Shown piece after piece: positions 1 through 15,200 of a stretch of 64,000 nucleotides of DNA. This stretch comes from Trichoplax sp. H2 (lineage: Eukaryota). Below the pieces are notes generated by a model, which was given only the letters and a program-made list of their open reading frames with translations, was not told the DNA's origin and searched no databases. Position numbers and translations under genes: made by a program. Every line of letters starts with the position of its first letter. The first letter of the stretch is position 1. The DNA lies in the NCBI GenBank assembly GCA_003344405.1, contig NOWV01000112.1, positions 124,001 to 188,000 of the forward strand, in the 5' to 3' direction.

Positions 1-202
1 CTTCTATAATTTCTTGATACTATCATTCACTTTTCGTCGTTATTCTATCATTACAGGATACTTACTGTATAGACTAAATATAATTTTCATTTAAACATCA
101 CTTCTAGTTAATAGACCTGTAATTAATATCAAAGGGCATTTTTAGCCCTTTTTTCGACAATTCTTTTTACATTTTACGCTCTTCAATATTCTGTCATTGC
201 AG

Positions 203-3200
203 GATTCTTTGTCATTTCAAACGAAGTTGAAGGAGGTAAGAGCTATCTTGTATCATGTTAACAAGTAAAGTAGTTCATTTATAAGTACGTAAAATTTTCT
301 AATTTAGAATTTACAAGTAATAAAGATACATTTTACTGGCTGTAGTTGTTAAACTGATTCAATAGATAATATCGTTTCAATGTTTGGGATGATTGATTGA
401 ACGATCTTACTTCTATTACAATCATCATATTGCAAAGCTTGCTAATACTAGTCTTGTAGAACTATGCATAGTTTATTAGGCTATACTGCCATTAATAAAA
501 CACTTTCATCTTTTATTTAATCTTCTTGAAGCGAGATAGTCAAAGTTATTTGAAGGCTAATTCCCTTTAGACAAACTTGTAATCTAATTCATCTTCATTA
601 TGATATGATGTTGATTAGTCTATAGCCTACATTATGAATCATATTTGATTAACATGCACCATACAGTTCTTGGATCCATCTTAGCCGTTGCTTTAAATAT
701 TTACCAGGATCCTCATTTAAATCAGTCCAAGTCGATGCAGATGAGCCAGTTATCATTATTAAAGGTAAGGTTGTTAAGGAGTTATTATGTCCATTGAATA
801 TTCACATTTTTTATCACGCTATTGGCAGATAAAAATCGAAAAGTTCATGAACAATTGCGTAGCTAAACACACACTAATTAACTATTAAAAGTACTAGACT
901 TTGCCAATATTATGGTAAAAAATTCGGGCCATGATGCTTACTGTAAATACAACTTCCTATTGCTATAATAATAAACAGGGATTTCAGTTCATCCAGGTCA
1001 CGCAAAATTTGTAGAGTGTCCTTACAAGCACTTCTCATGTTGATCACTTTCAACCTAATGAATATTCTATCTATATTCCTATCAACTTCTAAAATACATA
1101 ATTATTACAACAAATCTAAATTTGAAACGCGACAAAGTGTAACTATTTGCGAAAACTAATATTATGAGACTACTGTAAGGTTTGTCCTTCCCGATACCTA
1201 CCTACAAAACAACTCGAAAGAACGACTCCTATCGTTACGAAGAATGGTAATCCACTAGTTTCTTAGATCAAACTAAACCCAAGCTCTATTGAAAAGTCAA
1301 TTAATTTATAGTAAATCTGCATAAAAATTTCATTATCAGTTTATAGATTATATTATATAAGTATTGCATTTATCTATTAAAGGTACGTAATATATCATAG
1401 ATAAGTTAATATAAACACATTACTAGATGAGTTTTTATATTGAAAACTGTGTTACGACAGCTATGCAAATGTTACTCCGTAATATTTACTTCATATTTTA
1501 ATGATTTTACATATAGACCATTGTTAAGAGCTAGAAATAGCCCTAACTTGCTACAAGGGTTGATAGAGTACTTTCTAACCTATACTACTGTTATTTAGAA
1601 TACCAGTCAAATGATATCCCTAGGCAGATATCTGTACAGATTGAACACAGTTTAATCCTATCAAATTTACTGTATCTAAATTAATCAATTCTTAATAAGA
1701 GTTTGATAAACGCATATTAGGCTATACTACTAAGATATTTCCTCTAAACTTAGAAATTATACTTTCAACCTTAAGAACCTTGGAGTTGATAGATACAATC
1801 CCAGTTAAACTAGTTGGTAATTACTATCATAGTCTATCTGTTCCTAAGTTATAGATTGTTAACACATGCAATGTTAACCACTAAAGTTATAGTTAAGGAG
1901 ACCGTAAACATGTCTAAGATATAAACATACATAAAACATAACATAGAAATAAAATACACGTCTCGAAGATTGCTTTCGCGACAAACATCATTTTATCTAT
2001 TGATTGAGTTTAAAAGTTTGAAGCGAGGCTATAAGCGGTGCGTTATTTAATTCTGCAACCTCGGCGAACACAATACTAATTTGAATGGGGTTGCTTAAAT
2101 AGATCTGGTTGAAGACAAAAATTATTCCTTCACCAAAAATAATTCTGTCGATACTCCGATCCTTATTGAAGACGTGAAACATAACATGAATCTTAATATT
2201 CCTTACCCTGTTCATGGCCGACCAAGAGCTACAACGTTAGAATTATTTTTAGTATCTACACGTTTTACTGCTATGGCAACTGCATCACTGGCTTTTAAGA
2301 CATCGTTTCAGCTTTCCTATTCTACAGCTCATCGGAGCAACATTGAAGGTTGCCAAATGACATGTTGTATTCCACATTATAAGCAAATAAAACAGCTCTT
2401 TTGTCCGTCACAACTATTTAAGCAGAGAAGGAATACAATTATTGCCGCTCAGCAAGTCAATAGCGATGGCACTAAGTTTATGGAAATGAATTATAAATTA
2501 GCTACTAATGAGACTGAAGTAACAGAGAATAGGATCGTAGCAGATGTTGAAAATGTTAATCAATCCGTTATTAACTGGTTTTGGAATATACCACAGTGGC
2601 TACTTGATACTGCAAGATTAGGACCAAAATACTATTATAACTACTTCCGATATCCAGTTCAATACAAGGTTGGCATTAAAGCAAACAAGGATAAACCTGG
2701 ACAATTTACTTTAGTAGCTATCGTCAAGCATCGAGATTATGCATTACCATCTCGGATAGAGAAGGACTTAAAATCGATTGCTAAACATAAAGATGAAACT
2801 AATATTCTCAGTAGCGGTAGGCTGCAAATCAGCGTTACGGGAGACATTAAATCTCTCAATGGAGTAATTTGGGCAGAAAGTTTGAATAAAGCAGTCTATT
2901 TCGATGGAGTATATTCGGTTACGCAGTTTGCTTGTACGGGCCTTCTCGACAAAAATAACCGAATTTATTCTAAAGGTACCATAGAATTTCGTTATGTTGA
3001 TCCTGGTCCAAACTGTCATCCAGAAATGTCATCTAATCCTGACTACATGGCCGAAAATAAGCCCGTCAGTGTTGATTTTAATTATAGCCCAGGTAATATA
3101 ATTGTTTTAATTGAAATTCCGATAGCAACCATATCTCAGTATGGTATTTTATTGTAGTGTTAAAGTTATTCTTGCTGACGGTAGCAGAAATTTATAATCA

Positions 3201-6200
3201 ATATCAATTACTGTACAGTATATTTTTGGATACTGATCCACTTTGAGCACTAATATTTCTACGACAATCCTGCTATTAATCTGATCTTCACTTTGATAAC
3301 CATTCTGATTCTATTTGGTAAATTTAGGTAGTTTGCCTCTCACATATAATATCATAATGAGATAAAATTAATGGTATTCGTATTAGTAATTGCTTTATGT
3401 GCTCCAAATATTTAGGATTTTGTTAATGTAATAGAATGTAAGAAATTATCGTCAGATAATTAGTTAGCGAAAGGAATATGAAGTTTCTATTAGTATTATT
3501 TTGTAGATCAGATTACATTAAAATTATTTTGCTCTAATGCTTCTGTAAAATGAAAATAGAAATTGAGATGCTTTTTATAGACTAGATATAGTTGAATCAC
3601 TATGCCACAGTTTAGTAACTTTTGCTATTATCGTTAATACGGCATATAGCAAGCCGTTATGAATTAGCTTAAATGTTAAATCTCAAGTGTAATAAGACTG
3701 TTTTTTATTATAAATGATTTCACTTTAACTTTATGGAATTAGCTAATTCTACTGCAGATTCTGTCAGTTCAACAATTAATTCAGTAAACTAGCAAGAAGC
3801 CAACCATGTAATCAGACGGATTCAAATCTAGCTGTATTTCATTACGGCTCTTTCAAATTGAAATATTATTGTCTCGTTTTGTCCCAAGACGCTCATTAAA
3901 TTGAAATATCGTAGTTACCTTTTAGCAAGTATCTCTATCAGCAAATACGCTATGATACGTTATATCGACTCTGTCAAATGTCATGTAATCCAATCAATCG
4001 TATCAATTCGATTCAAAACTAAGAGTACATTATTCTACAGTTCTTTTTAAAATTAAAGTCTAGTATATTTAATTTTTTATTAGATCTTGACATGACTAGG
4101 AGATATTCTTCGCTCTTCAACTATATTCCAGAACCGGATCAACCTGCTGATGACGTTATCGAGTAAGTAAATTATATAGAATAGAGCTTATAGCTAATTA
4201 TTGATGCCTTCTAAAATTGAGTATGATCAACGATGCGATAAATATGTATGTTAAAAAGAGGAATAAATTTGAAATCGTGGTGTAATGCCATTATCATATA
4301 GCTAGAAAATCTGATTACTATTAAATCAATTATCAAGGCTACGATGTGATTAATTGATAATTGCCAACAGTTCGCTTCTATGCGTAAAATAAATTTAATC
4401 ACGGGAATTTTTAACTATGTTCTTGTTTCACTAACGAAATATCATGATGAGAGAAGTAACTGCCTATAGATCACAAATAATATAGCCATGAACTATTTTT
4501 TATGTCCTATTTGCAGTTTGATAGATTGATATTGTAAATATTATAAGATACGGTTAAAAGTATGACCAACAGTACATGATAAGTAGGATGTAGTCTAAAG
4601 ATAAAGTACAGATTCGAATAAACTATTTTACTACTGGTATAGATTTTAACGAGGTTCTGTTGCATAGGAATATGTGCTCTTACTTAAGCTTAATCCTAGA
4701 TACGAGAAGATTGGTAATTTGCGATTAGTTATTACTCGATTTCTTTTAGAATTAAACTCATTTTTCGATCTTTCTTTGCGTCTGAGCACCTATTCATGAA
4801 TTCAATACGTGGTAAAACAATTGTGTAAAAGAAATTACGTAATTACAGTAATTAGCTGGTTCATATTATTATTTACATGTTACTTACACAGTTACTTGTC
4901 GGTTCCAATAAACTGAAATTTGCATAAGTGATAATTAGTACTCTAGATACTTTTACGATCTTCTACATTATTTGTAAATGCAGCCTGTAAAATCACTTAA
5001 GTGTGCGGTATATTTATACGGACAGTATAATAGAATCACTGCAATTGACAGATTAAAAATAGTTTTAACTCCAATTTCTTGAACGTTAAGTAATGACTTT
5101 TAATAATGAAGAGGATTTTGATACATTAAGCTGTAAAGTGACGAAGGGAAGTACAATTGGCTAAATAATTATTTACTCCTTTCGCTTCTATGATTGCGTA
5201 AACATGTGTAGGTCTTCAAGTAGCCCTGAAAAAAGTCCATCAGATATAGTTCCTCCGGTGCCGGTTAGTAAACGTAGTTCAATTTTTTTGTCAAGAAACA
5301 CCCTCTAAATTCCTCTTTGAAAAAGTGATTCTTCATCTTATCAAGAGACGACAATCGCGACTACCATCTAAGTGCGAATCTATTACTGAAACAGAAAATT
5401 TATGGCATCGAAAAGATATGACGAAAGTTAAAGGTTAAATATAATATTAAAATGCAGAATTTTGTCATAAAAAAATTACTAGAAATAGCGTCATATTAAG
5501 TTTAAATTTAATTTCGTTCATAATATTTTTTTACTATGCTCCTGTGGTCACGAAATTTCTCACTCACACGAAACAGCCATGGTATTCCTTCACGATAAGC
5601 ACATCGGTGTACGTGATATTAAATATTATTTAAGTTTGTTAGTACTTACTAGATAAAGAATGGATCTTTACTATTAACTATTTTATAAAATTAATTCTCT
5701 TAACATGTTAACCATAGTCTACATTTTTTCTTATGCTTTAAAACGTTTTAGTAAGTAAAATGCGTTGATTAGCAGAATATTTCTAAATTTATGATTATGA
5801 TCACCTTCTGATAATCTTAGATATTGTAATTATTATAGTCAGTTAGCATAACATATTATGTCTATATTTTAATTCCTATCTACAGAGGAGTACTTATAGC
5901 ATAGTAGTAAAAATATTTCTTAGCTACTATGGGGCTATTTAAGCCATAGTATAAATGAAAATGCGGAATAATGTTGCTCAATTAATGTTAACGGAATTTT
6001 AGTCATGCTGTTATTCCTATTTTATAGACGTTTATAGTAAGGGAAAGTAAACACCATTCTGCTGAGGTAATTAGCATCAAAGTTACCAATGATGGCGAAG
6101 TAGGCCATTTTATCATTTCAACTGGCTCAGATGGTAAGTTTGCATAGAATTAAAGAGGCTGGACATTGTCAGCATTTAAAATAAATGTGCATTATTGATA

Positions 6201-9200
6201 AAGAGGAAACAGAATATAGACAGTTATTTTCTCTTAGCAATTATACCTATAGAGAACTTTAAGGTGTGTTAATATGTGCACCAAAGCAATACCACTACTA
6301 CTATTTGCTTATAATTATTAAACAAGGGTAAACTCAATAGGTTGCTCAGTTAGACTGTCATAAATTCAAACAAAAGATCAAAACTTTATTAAAGTCGCTA
6401 CTCATTTTATGCATTGATACGAAAATATGACTCCGAATTTTACGGTGAACTCGAATACTATTTGTCGAGCTTTACAAATTTTAGTTATTCCGTCAAATAC
6501 GATCGTTGTTGTTTCATATACCATTCTCTGTTGCAGTGCAAAATATAGAATTACAATCTAAAACATAATGTAAATAGTGTGATATTCGAAAAATTGAGTC
6601 TGCCATAATTGAAAAATATAATTATATAATCAGAGATAAAATAGAGAAATCAGGGCTTTGATTTTAATCTAGCGTTAGAGGAAAACTGTATAAGGTTAAT
6701 ACGTAAAAAATCGACGTAAACTTGCGACCTAAATGAGTCAAATAGCTAGATATAGTAAATTAGAATAAGCAAAGGGTACAAGCTTACCGTATAACTAGCA
6801 GACTAATAGTTAATTTATGAGATAGCGTTGAATAGTTGCTTTTATAGTGTAGAAGGAACAGCAAGATAGAATTATTTATAAAGACAAATAAGTAATATAA
6901 AGTGGCTTCTACGTATATTAGGGTAGTTCTATGGTGCAATCAGACTAAAATATAAATGGAATTCTAATGAGTAAGTGTTGAATACCAGCACTATATCTAT
7001 TCTATCTTCCATAAAGGGTGGCTATGGATAGGATAGATCATATAAACATGGGATTGCACTCTAGAGTAGTGGAAATTGATTTCTACAATGGATAACTGTA
7101 TCGTAAAAGCGGGTCTTTTCGACTGTTAAATTACACTTTTTTTAAGCTCTGGTTGTATACTGCATGCAATAAGCCACAATATAAACATATTTAAAGAAAT
7201 GAAAGATATTGAGATTTCTTAACCTCTCACTGCAAAATCAAAATACGGATAATTTTGACGGTTTCATGATGACAGAGACCTTTATAATTAGTTAAATTCG
7301 CCTTTGTTTTATCTCGGATCAATATGGAAATTTACCACTTACTAATTGCAGCTTAGCTAAGTATGGGATTCTAGATTATTAGCCAAGGTTTGCATTGTAT
7401 TTTTTAGATTGTAAATCTAAGTATGTGAAGATACTCTGCTAGAGTATCGTTGACCATAGACTCTATGATGCTAAGTTAATATTAATAGTAAAGATAAACA
7501 TAGATGAATAATACATATATATTAGTCTTGGTCATCTAGGCTAATTTAGCTGGTGAATGATTTGCAGAAGTATGACAGCTACTACTAAATGCGACAGGAT
7601 GTCTATAAGTTAGCAACTGTAAATGATCTAGTAATTCTAAGATATTTCTAGTTGTTATGTTCGGTTGGAGTAGAGTTGTGCCTAGTTTATGTTAATGTAA
7701 GGATTCTAATAAATTTTCGAAATTTACTATAATCTTTGGGATTCGTGATTCATTTCATATCGCAAATGAAAATTCCAGTTTTACATTTCGTATACATGAA
7801 TGAGAGGAATGAAAATTAGAATCGATCTATCATTTTTCTAATATTGGTGAAGAGCCAAACAGTACAACAGTTTATATTATAATAGATAATTGTCTGTATT
7901 TGATAAGGATGAAAATTTCTGAGAATGTTCCGAATTATCATAGTAACTAAGTTCGATATAGCTTTAACTGTAATTTCACATACTAGAGAAGAACTTAAAA
8001 ATTAATGGAGTATTTTAAATGTCATTGTTATATACGTCTTATGTATCAAATTTGAATACTATTTGTTTTCAGACAGCACTTATCATTGTTATATTTTAGG
8101 ATATTCTATTGCTGATTTTGAAAGAAAATTTGAATCACTAGAAAAGTTGTTGACCTACTACACTACTTATAAAGATGAAGAAATGCAAATGAGATTACGT
8201 GTTCCACCATCCAATGAAAGCGTTGTACCTGCAAATCCAAATATAAAAGTGTCAGCACCTGAAGAGATTCCTGGTAAGGCGATGGAACAGATGAATAAGT
8301 TCAAAGTAACGATTCTAATAATTGTTAGACTTTATAAAAGTGCTAAAATAATTCATAATTGATTATATCTTAGGATTAAGCTTTTACCTTTCAGATCTTT
8401 AAGTTGCTAGCGATATTAAAAATATGAAACTCAATTGCCTATAAATAGTATCATCATCATTATTATAGTTATCACTTTTAGATAAAGTAATTACATATTT
8501 TATGTATGTTTAATACTAGAAATATCAGAACCTTTTGAGCCATATCGTATAATATAATTTACTGAGTACATAGATGAATGCAAATAAGAAAATGAAATTA
8601 GTGTTATCAGTTCACACGTGATAACAGGTGGTAAACATCATAAATTTAGGAAGATGGATTAATTGTATTACCGATCAATTTTAAATTAGGTTATTTACCG
8701 TAAATTAGGCTATTGATATCTTTGTAACTATTACTTCATGAAGATCAGGATGAAATCTATTCTAGTCAAAGTATTTGTGGATGAAACTATTTAAACTATT
8801 GCTTGGGGAAAAACTATTAGAGATAATGGAAAAAATGATCATAAATTAGTTAACTTCAGTTAAAGAGAAATTATGGATTCTGTCATTGGTTATTTAACTG
8901 AAATCGACAAGTCGATAAATTCAAGTCTAATTGATTAATATAATGATAATTTTATATTTAGACAGCACATTCTCATATAAGGGAATGCAAAAAGAAAATG
9001 GGCAATCGGAATTGGAGGAATACGAGTATGTCTCGACTTCTCTTGAAAGAGATGGGGGTTTGTTCATTATCTGTCTTTAAGCAATTTATATTATAAGTTT
9101 CCAATTTAAGTTGCCATAATTGTTATTTGATTACTTAAAGACTATCGCTTGATGTTGATGTATTAGTTGAAGAGAGCAAATATGTATACATGAAGTCGGT

Positions 9201-12200
9201 TAAAAGCGATTCTAAGAAAGATATTTTTAATCAAGTACAGGAATCTAGAAGAGGTTTGAATTTATATTTTGTTGAAAAATCTATTATCTACTGTGATATA
9301 TACCAATCACGAAATTCCAAATTTTAATAGAATAAGGGCTTTATTGAATCTTATACAAAGATTAACTACACACAGCTCTGCTCTAGACGAATACTACTAC
9401 TAAAGACTTCTAGGACGAACTAACAGAATAATCTGAAGTTGCATGCTTTTATACTTTTCGTAGCATTCGCAGCTACAATCCGCATGGCAACCTTTTACCT
9501 TATTTTACACATAGTTAAATTATTCTTAGTAAGACTATTCTACTACGGACCATCATTAATCCAATATGGATACAGCTGCAGTACTTACGTAGACATTATT
9601 TACACCAGCCAAAGTACAATGAATTAACCATATCCTAATATATGATTTACAGTTCTATTTTTACCTATAGCCTTATTAGTAACTCAACACCTTACTGTAT
9701 GTAGTCATCTGTACTCTAGCATAGAGTCTATACCACTACAGTCTATAGTTATAGCTACCAAATATATCTTAGGATAATATCTACCGTACACGGTACGGTA
9801 TAAAGTTACTGAACCTCTGTTAAATGAGCACATTATCGTAAACCGTCAGTAAAGCGACGGGAGTTTGCACTAGTAATTACTAATAAATAGAGAATGGATT
9901 AGAGTGAATGCCATCTCAAATTCGCTATGAATCATAGACTAAGACATTAAATAAACATACTTATTATTAATTATTGACTTACGTTCTTCCATATATCCTG
10001 ACGGCCAACACTGTCCGCTGGATNNNNNNNNNNNNNNNNNNNNAGGGCTTTATTGAATCTTATACAAAGATTAACTACACACAGCTCTACTCTAGACGAA
10101 TACTACTAGTAAAGACTTCTAGAACGAACTAACAGAATAATCTAAAGTTGCATGCTTTTATACTTTTCGTAGCATTCGCAGCTACAATCCGCATGGCAAC
10201 CTTTTACCTTATTTTACACATAGTTAAATTATTCTTAGTAAGACTATTCTACTACGGACCATCATTAATCCAATATGGATACGACTACAGTACTTACGTA
10301 GACATTATTCACAGCAGCCAAAGTACAATGAATTAACCATATCCTAATATATGATTTACAGTTCTATTTTTACCTATAGCCGTATTAATAACTCAACACC
10401 TTACTGTATATAGTCATCTATACTCTAGCATAGAGTCTATACCACTACAGTCTATAGTTATAGCTACCAAATATATCTTAGGATAATATCTACCGTAATT
10501 ACTAATAAATAGAGAATGGATTAGAGTGAATGCCATCTCAAATTCGCTATGAATCATAGACTAAAGACATTAAATAAACATACTTATTATTAATTATTGA
10601 CTTACGTTCTTCCATATATCCTGACGGCCAACACTGTCCGCTGGATGCCAACAATTAGCCATCTATAAATTGCAGGTAAAAAGCTGGCCATGTAATTAGA
10701 GAAATTTAATAAATGTCAGTAATAATGTCCATGTCTAAGCCATAATTAGATATGTGTCTTATCAGGTTTAATATCATTCAATATCAGTTCACACCATACT
10801 TTATTTCCATGCTTCTTTCATTTTGCAAAATGACCGATTATCTATACGGTAAACGACATATATACTATAAAAACATAGGTATGTTAGTTTACTATCTGTG
10901 TAATGGTGATTATCTAGTTTTTCAATGCAACAATCTTATGCTTGTAATAATTGCAAGATCTTATACCGTCTTAAGATATGAAATAGCATCGTTGTTCTTT
11001 AAAAGTAAAAATAGTAATATATTAAAAGTAGATGAGGAAGGACTACTGGTAAACTTATTTGTTTATTACTATGGTATATTATTCACAAAATGAACAAGAT
11101 GAGATGAGAGGTTGTATAAACCTGTTTAAGTAGTGTCGAGAAATGGCTTTCACTGGCTAGAGCTCATCTTATTTTCGTCAAATAGCATACTTTTGGTATT
11201 TATTAAAAATACCGTTATCATTGCTGTTATGTATTCTTTTATTGATGGATGCATAGTTTAATGATATTATATAAGTACTAAATACTAATGTTTACGTAAA
11301 TTGACTTGTTTTTTAGTAAAATTTGGATTCAGTTTTATCTTAGATAGATTAGTGCTATCACTGTCTTCTCTAATTGTCAGTATTTAGAGTTACACTGTAG
11401 GCATATATCGGAGGACAAATCTGCCAATAGGCTTGTAGTATTAAGCTTTTATACTCATTCTTTCTCACGTTACAAATTTTGATTTGTAATAAGTAGGTAG
11501 TAACAACATCAATTTTTAAGATAAACGATTACAATTGTTACTATATAGATAAATCGTACCTAAATTATTCAGGAGATTTTACTCGAAACTGTAAATTACT
11601 GCATCATGACAGCAATGTAATACGGAGATCTGAGATAATTTCGATGCTCGAAAGTTATAGCATTATTGAACTGTTTCTGTCTTTAAAGGCCCATACATTA
11701 AATCCTTCATTTGATCAGAATAATACCTTACAGAGGTCATGACACAAAATTTGGGGGAAATTTTCTAAATATGATCACAGCTTTATTTTTAAAATAGTGT
11801 ACATCAGTTTTCAATATTAGCTCATCAGTATCACGGTTGAGATTATGCTATCAGTATGTGCACATTGTTGCAAAAATTACGCTATCTGATGAAAATTTAT
11901 AAATATTTCGTATTAAGAGAATAGATATTTGAATATTCGGTATGAATGTTGCTGAATTATTGGAAATTTCACTTTAAATATGCTGTTATGTTTGCTAAAT
12001 CGTTTAGGAATCAATCAGGAGAGTGAAAGAAGCAAAGTCGAAATGGATGAAACATAATATGGACCTCAGCGATGGTAAGATCCTTTGTACCTTTAGTAAT
12101 TAAATTTCTTTTCAAAATAGATGCTAATGAACGTGTGTAGTTGCTAGTAATGCCATACGTATACAATATTAAAATCATGATATCCAAAAAGTACCCTTGA

Positions 12201-15200
12201 AGATCAGTTATGCCGCTGTAGTAAATTTTGAATACGTGGAAGTGTCTAAATTATATTTTGTGAGTTTAGGCATATACTTTACTGTATTGTTAGCTCGGTA
12301 AATATATGGACTGTGTCAAAGTTACCGCAGTGATTTCCTTACTGTAAGTAGACTAAACGAAGGGTTAACAGTAAATTATTGATTTCTAATTCTTTTGCAA
12401 TGATATTGATCTAATTGTATTATTTAATTCAATACGCTGGCAAATAAATAGCTGAGACAATGCTACAATACGAAGCGGCTGGGGTAAGTAATAGGAAATG
12501 GCAGAACGTTATCGTGAATAAAAAAGCATATGGTTATGAAAATATGTTGAATCGTTTCAACTACTTTACAATATTTTAATAATCCTTAAGAAGAATTTAT
12601 GTGACAAAAATAGCAATCTTACATTTTTTCTTGGAACTTTTGTAGACGTTTTTCGTGATAAATACGCAAAATTCCACTGAACATGTTCTATTGGTAAAGC
12701 TAAAGGATGAAGGCTCCGTAGTGGCGAAATTTCGAATTTTATCACAAGGGAACGGTATGATTGCAATTTACAATTTAAATAATTTTAACTGTTGAAAGTT
12801 TTATCAGTATTAAAGGGGAAATTGATATAGTGTCAGCTAGTCATTTCTTACTCCATAAGCTCAGCTATGTTGGCTTAATACTTTAATCAATAACCAGGCT
12901 AGAAGAAAATAAAAAATGAGAAGATTGACGAAATAATTGCAAATTTAGTTAATGTACATTTAATTTTTAATTCGCGTAGTAAGTCATTCAAATCAACTCG
13001 CAGCCAGTTAGATATATAAGTAGCTAATACCTTAATTTTTGCTGTTATCAACTTACGATCATAACATCGAACTATTCTAGTATTAGGACTACTTGTTAGC
13101 CTAACTTTTATTACCTCGTGTAGTAAATATTTGATCGTAGAACAATGCAACAGCTAGCACCGTATACTGCGTATTTCTTACGAACTATTATTAACTTAAA
13201 TTTGTTCAGCAAGGGGGAATTGCCCGTTATGACAGAGTCAGAGGTATTGCTAAAGCTTCAAATACTTTAGTGTAACCCCCTTACTTGATCCACGTAGCAA
13301 CTTATAGTTATAAGTTACTTTCGGCCACAAGTTAGAAACTATTTTATAATTCTTGATGAATATACAGCTTCCTCTATAACTGCTTTGATACAGGCCAATG
13401 GACAAGTAAATATTATAAATATAGCATCAATAAAATAAAAATAGACAATTGAAATTAAAAGAAAGATGATAATTGCGAGAAAAAAATTAATCGAAAACTT
13501 CCACAAATCTTGTAATTGTACTCAATGAATCTTAATATCGTATGTTAAAGAATAAATTCTAAATAATTTCACTACTTCACAAATAAGGGTGGTTTTAAGA
13601 TCACATATTATCACCATCGGAAATCAATTCGTAATCATTGGCAATGGCATTAATGTCATTAATAACAAATTAATCATTGGATTATTTATTTGATGTAAAT
13701 TCTATTAAATCGTCGAAAGGCGTAGTAGTGATCGGCTTGATCAATTTTCATAATTCATTACTAGTTTGATAGTATTTCTTAATTCGAAGGCGTTTTGAGG
13801 TAATTAAAAATTTTACAGACGTTCGAATCGATGACTTCAATCAAAGTTTTAAAACAATAGATGAATTAATCGGGTGCTATGTTTGCTATCAGGATAAAGA
13901 ATTAAAAGTCCAATTAAAAGTACTTGGTAAGACAACAGAAATTTTCTTTTCTATCACTTAATACAGCGAATGATACAATATGAAGTGGCAAAGTGTAATC
14001 TTGCTTTAAGGCTAAATACTTTTTTCAAAAACTGATATGATGGGATGGATAATGTAAGGTTATGTTTGCTATCTAAAGATGATGAACATTATACCCGTAT
14101 TGATGATCTTTCACGAAGACCATCCTTTGATGGTCCAGATACTTCTAGCGGTAGGTTTTAAGTAATTGAATTTAAGACTTATTTTAAATGCGATTATTTT
14201 GGAATAATAAAGTGTACTTTCATACTATTTATCTGTGATAGATTTAGAAAGCTCCTATGATGGTAGGTGTAAATATCTTAATGTTACCTCGCTTTGAATT
14301 TAAGTATCACTAAGGCCATTAAAACTGCTTTAGTTATATATAAAAAATTCGGTTAAAATCCGCTTGTTTATTTATTTCAAAACTCTTATTTCATTACAGT
14401 ACTGCTATGCGTAGTATTAGTTTAATTCTTTAGTTTCGATGATAACTATGTCATTTATAAAAGCCATGATTAATCGATTTTGCTTGATATCCGGTTTTCA
14501 AAGTAAATTTATCTTACTACTTTATCCCATTGTCACAAAACAGCTTTGCAACAAGATAACGCAATATACGATCAATAAGTCAATTCCTTGAACCACGTAT
14601 CAAGGAACGATATCTGCACTATCACAAACACTTTTGCTCTACTAGCAGACTACACAAAGACTTAAACGCCTCGTATTTTACGTTAAACACTAAGTTGGAC
14701 AATTCTTCTTTATTTCACGATATACTGCATTTATATACTATTCCTCAATAGTTCATGAGTCATAGTTAATACAATTAACATTAGAATCATTTACTGAATT
14801 AGATATTAATTTTAGCTACTGCTCCCTTAATGCAGACAACAGTATTTACGAACATAGACATGTAATGACTAATACAGAATAGTCAGATTACGATATGTCC
14901 TATCACGGAACATTTCCATGATAATTTACAGTCTACCATAAGTAAATTACAATCACAATGATTCGAACTGTAAGCAGATGATTTGCATTCCCTATTATAA
15001 CTATTATAATTTCAGTATATGTATAAGTGTCACTGTCATANNNNNNNNNNNNNNNNNNNNTAAAATCCGCTTGTTTATATATGTATAAGTGTTATTTCAT
15101 TACAGTACTGCTATGCGTAGTATTAGTTTAATTCTTTAGTTTCGATGATAATTATGTCATTTATAAAAGCCATGATTAATCGATTTTGCTTGATATCCGG

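Noticed and set aside
1449-1983. Additional TGT...ACA bounded segments (also near 21984 and 50713)
   Set aside because: Termini are imperfect and there is no convincing target-site duplication.
2174-3157. Treating ORFs 2174-3157 and 27879-28955 as stand-alone (possibly prokaryotic or HGT) genes
   Set aside because: Their similarity starts and ends at AG/GT splice sites, the starts are non-ATG, and they join in phase to flanking exons.
9439-10336. Two near-identical 62-aa hydrophobic ORFs (MHAFILFVAF...)
   Set aside because: They start at TTG, lie in an intron within the gap-flanking duplicate, and have no counterpart in paralog B.
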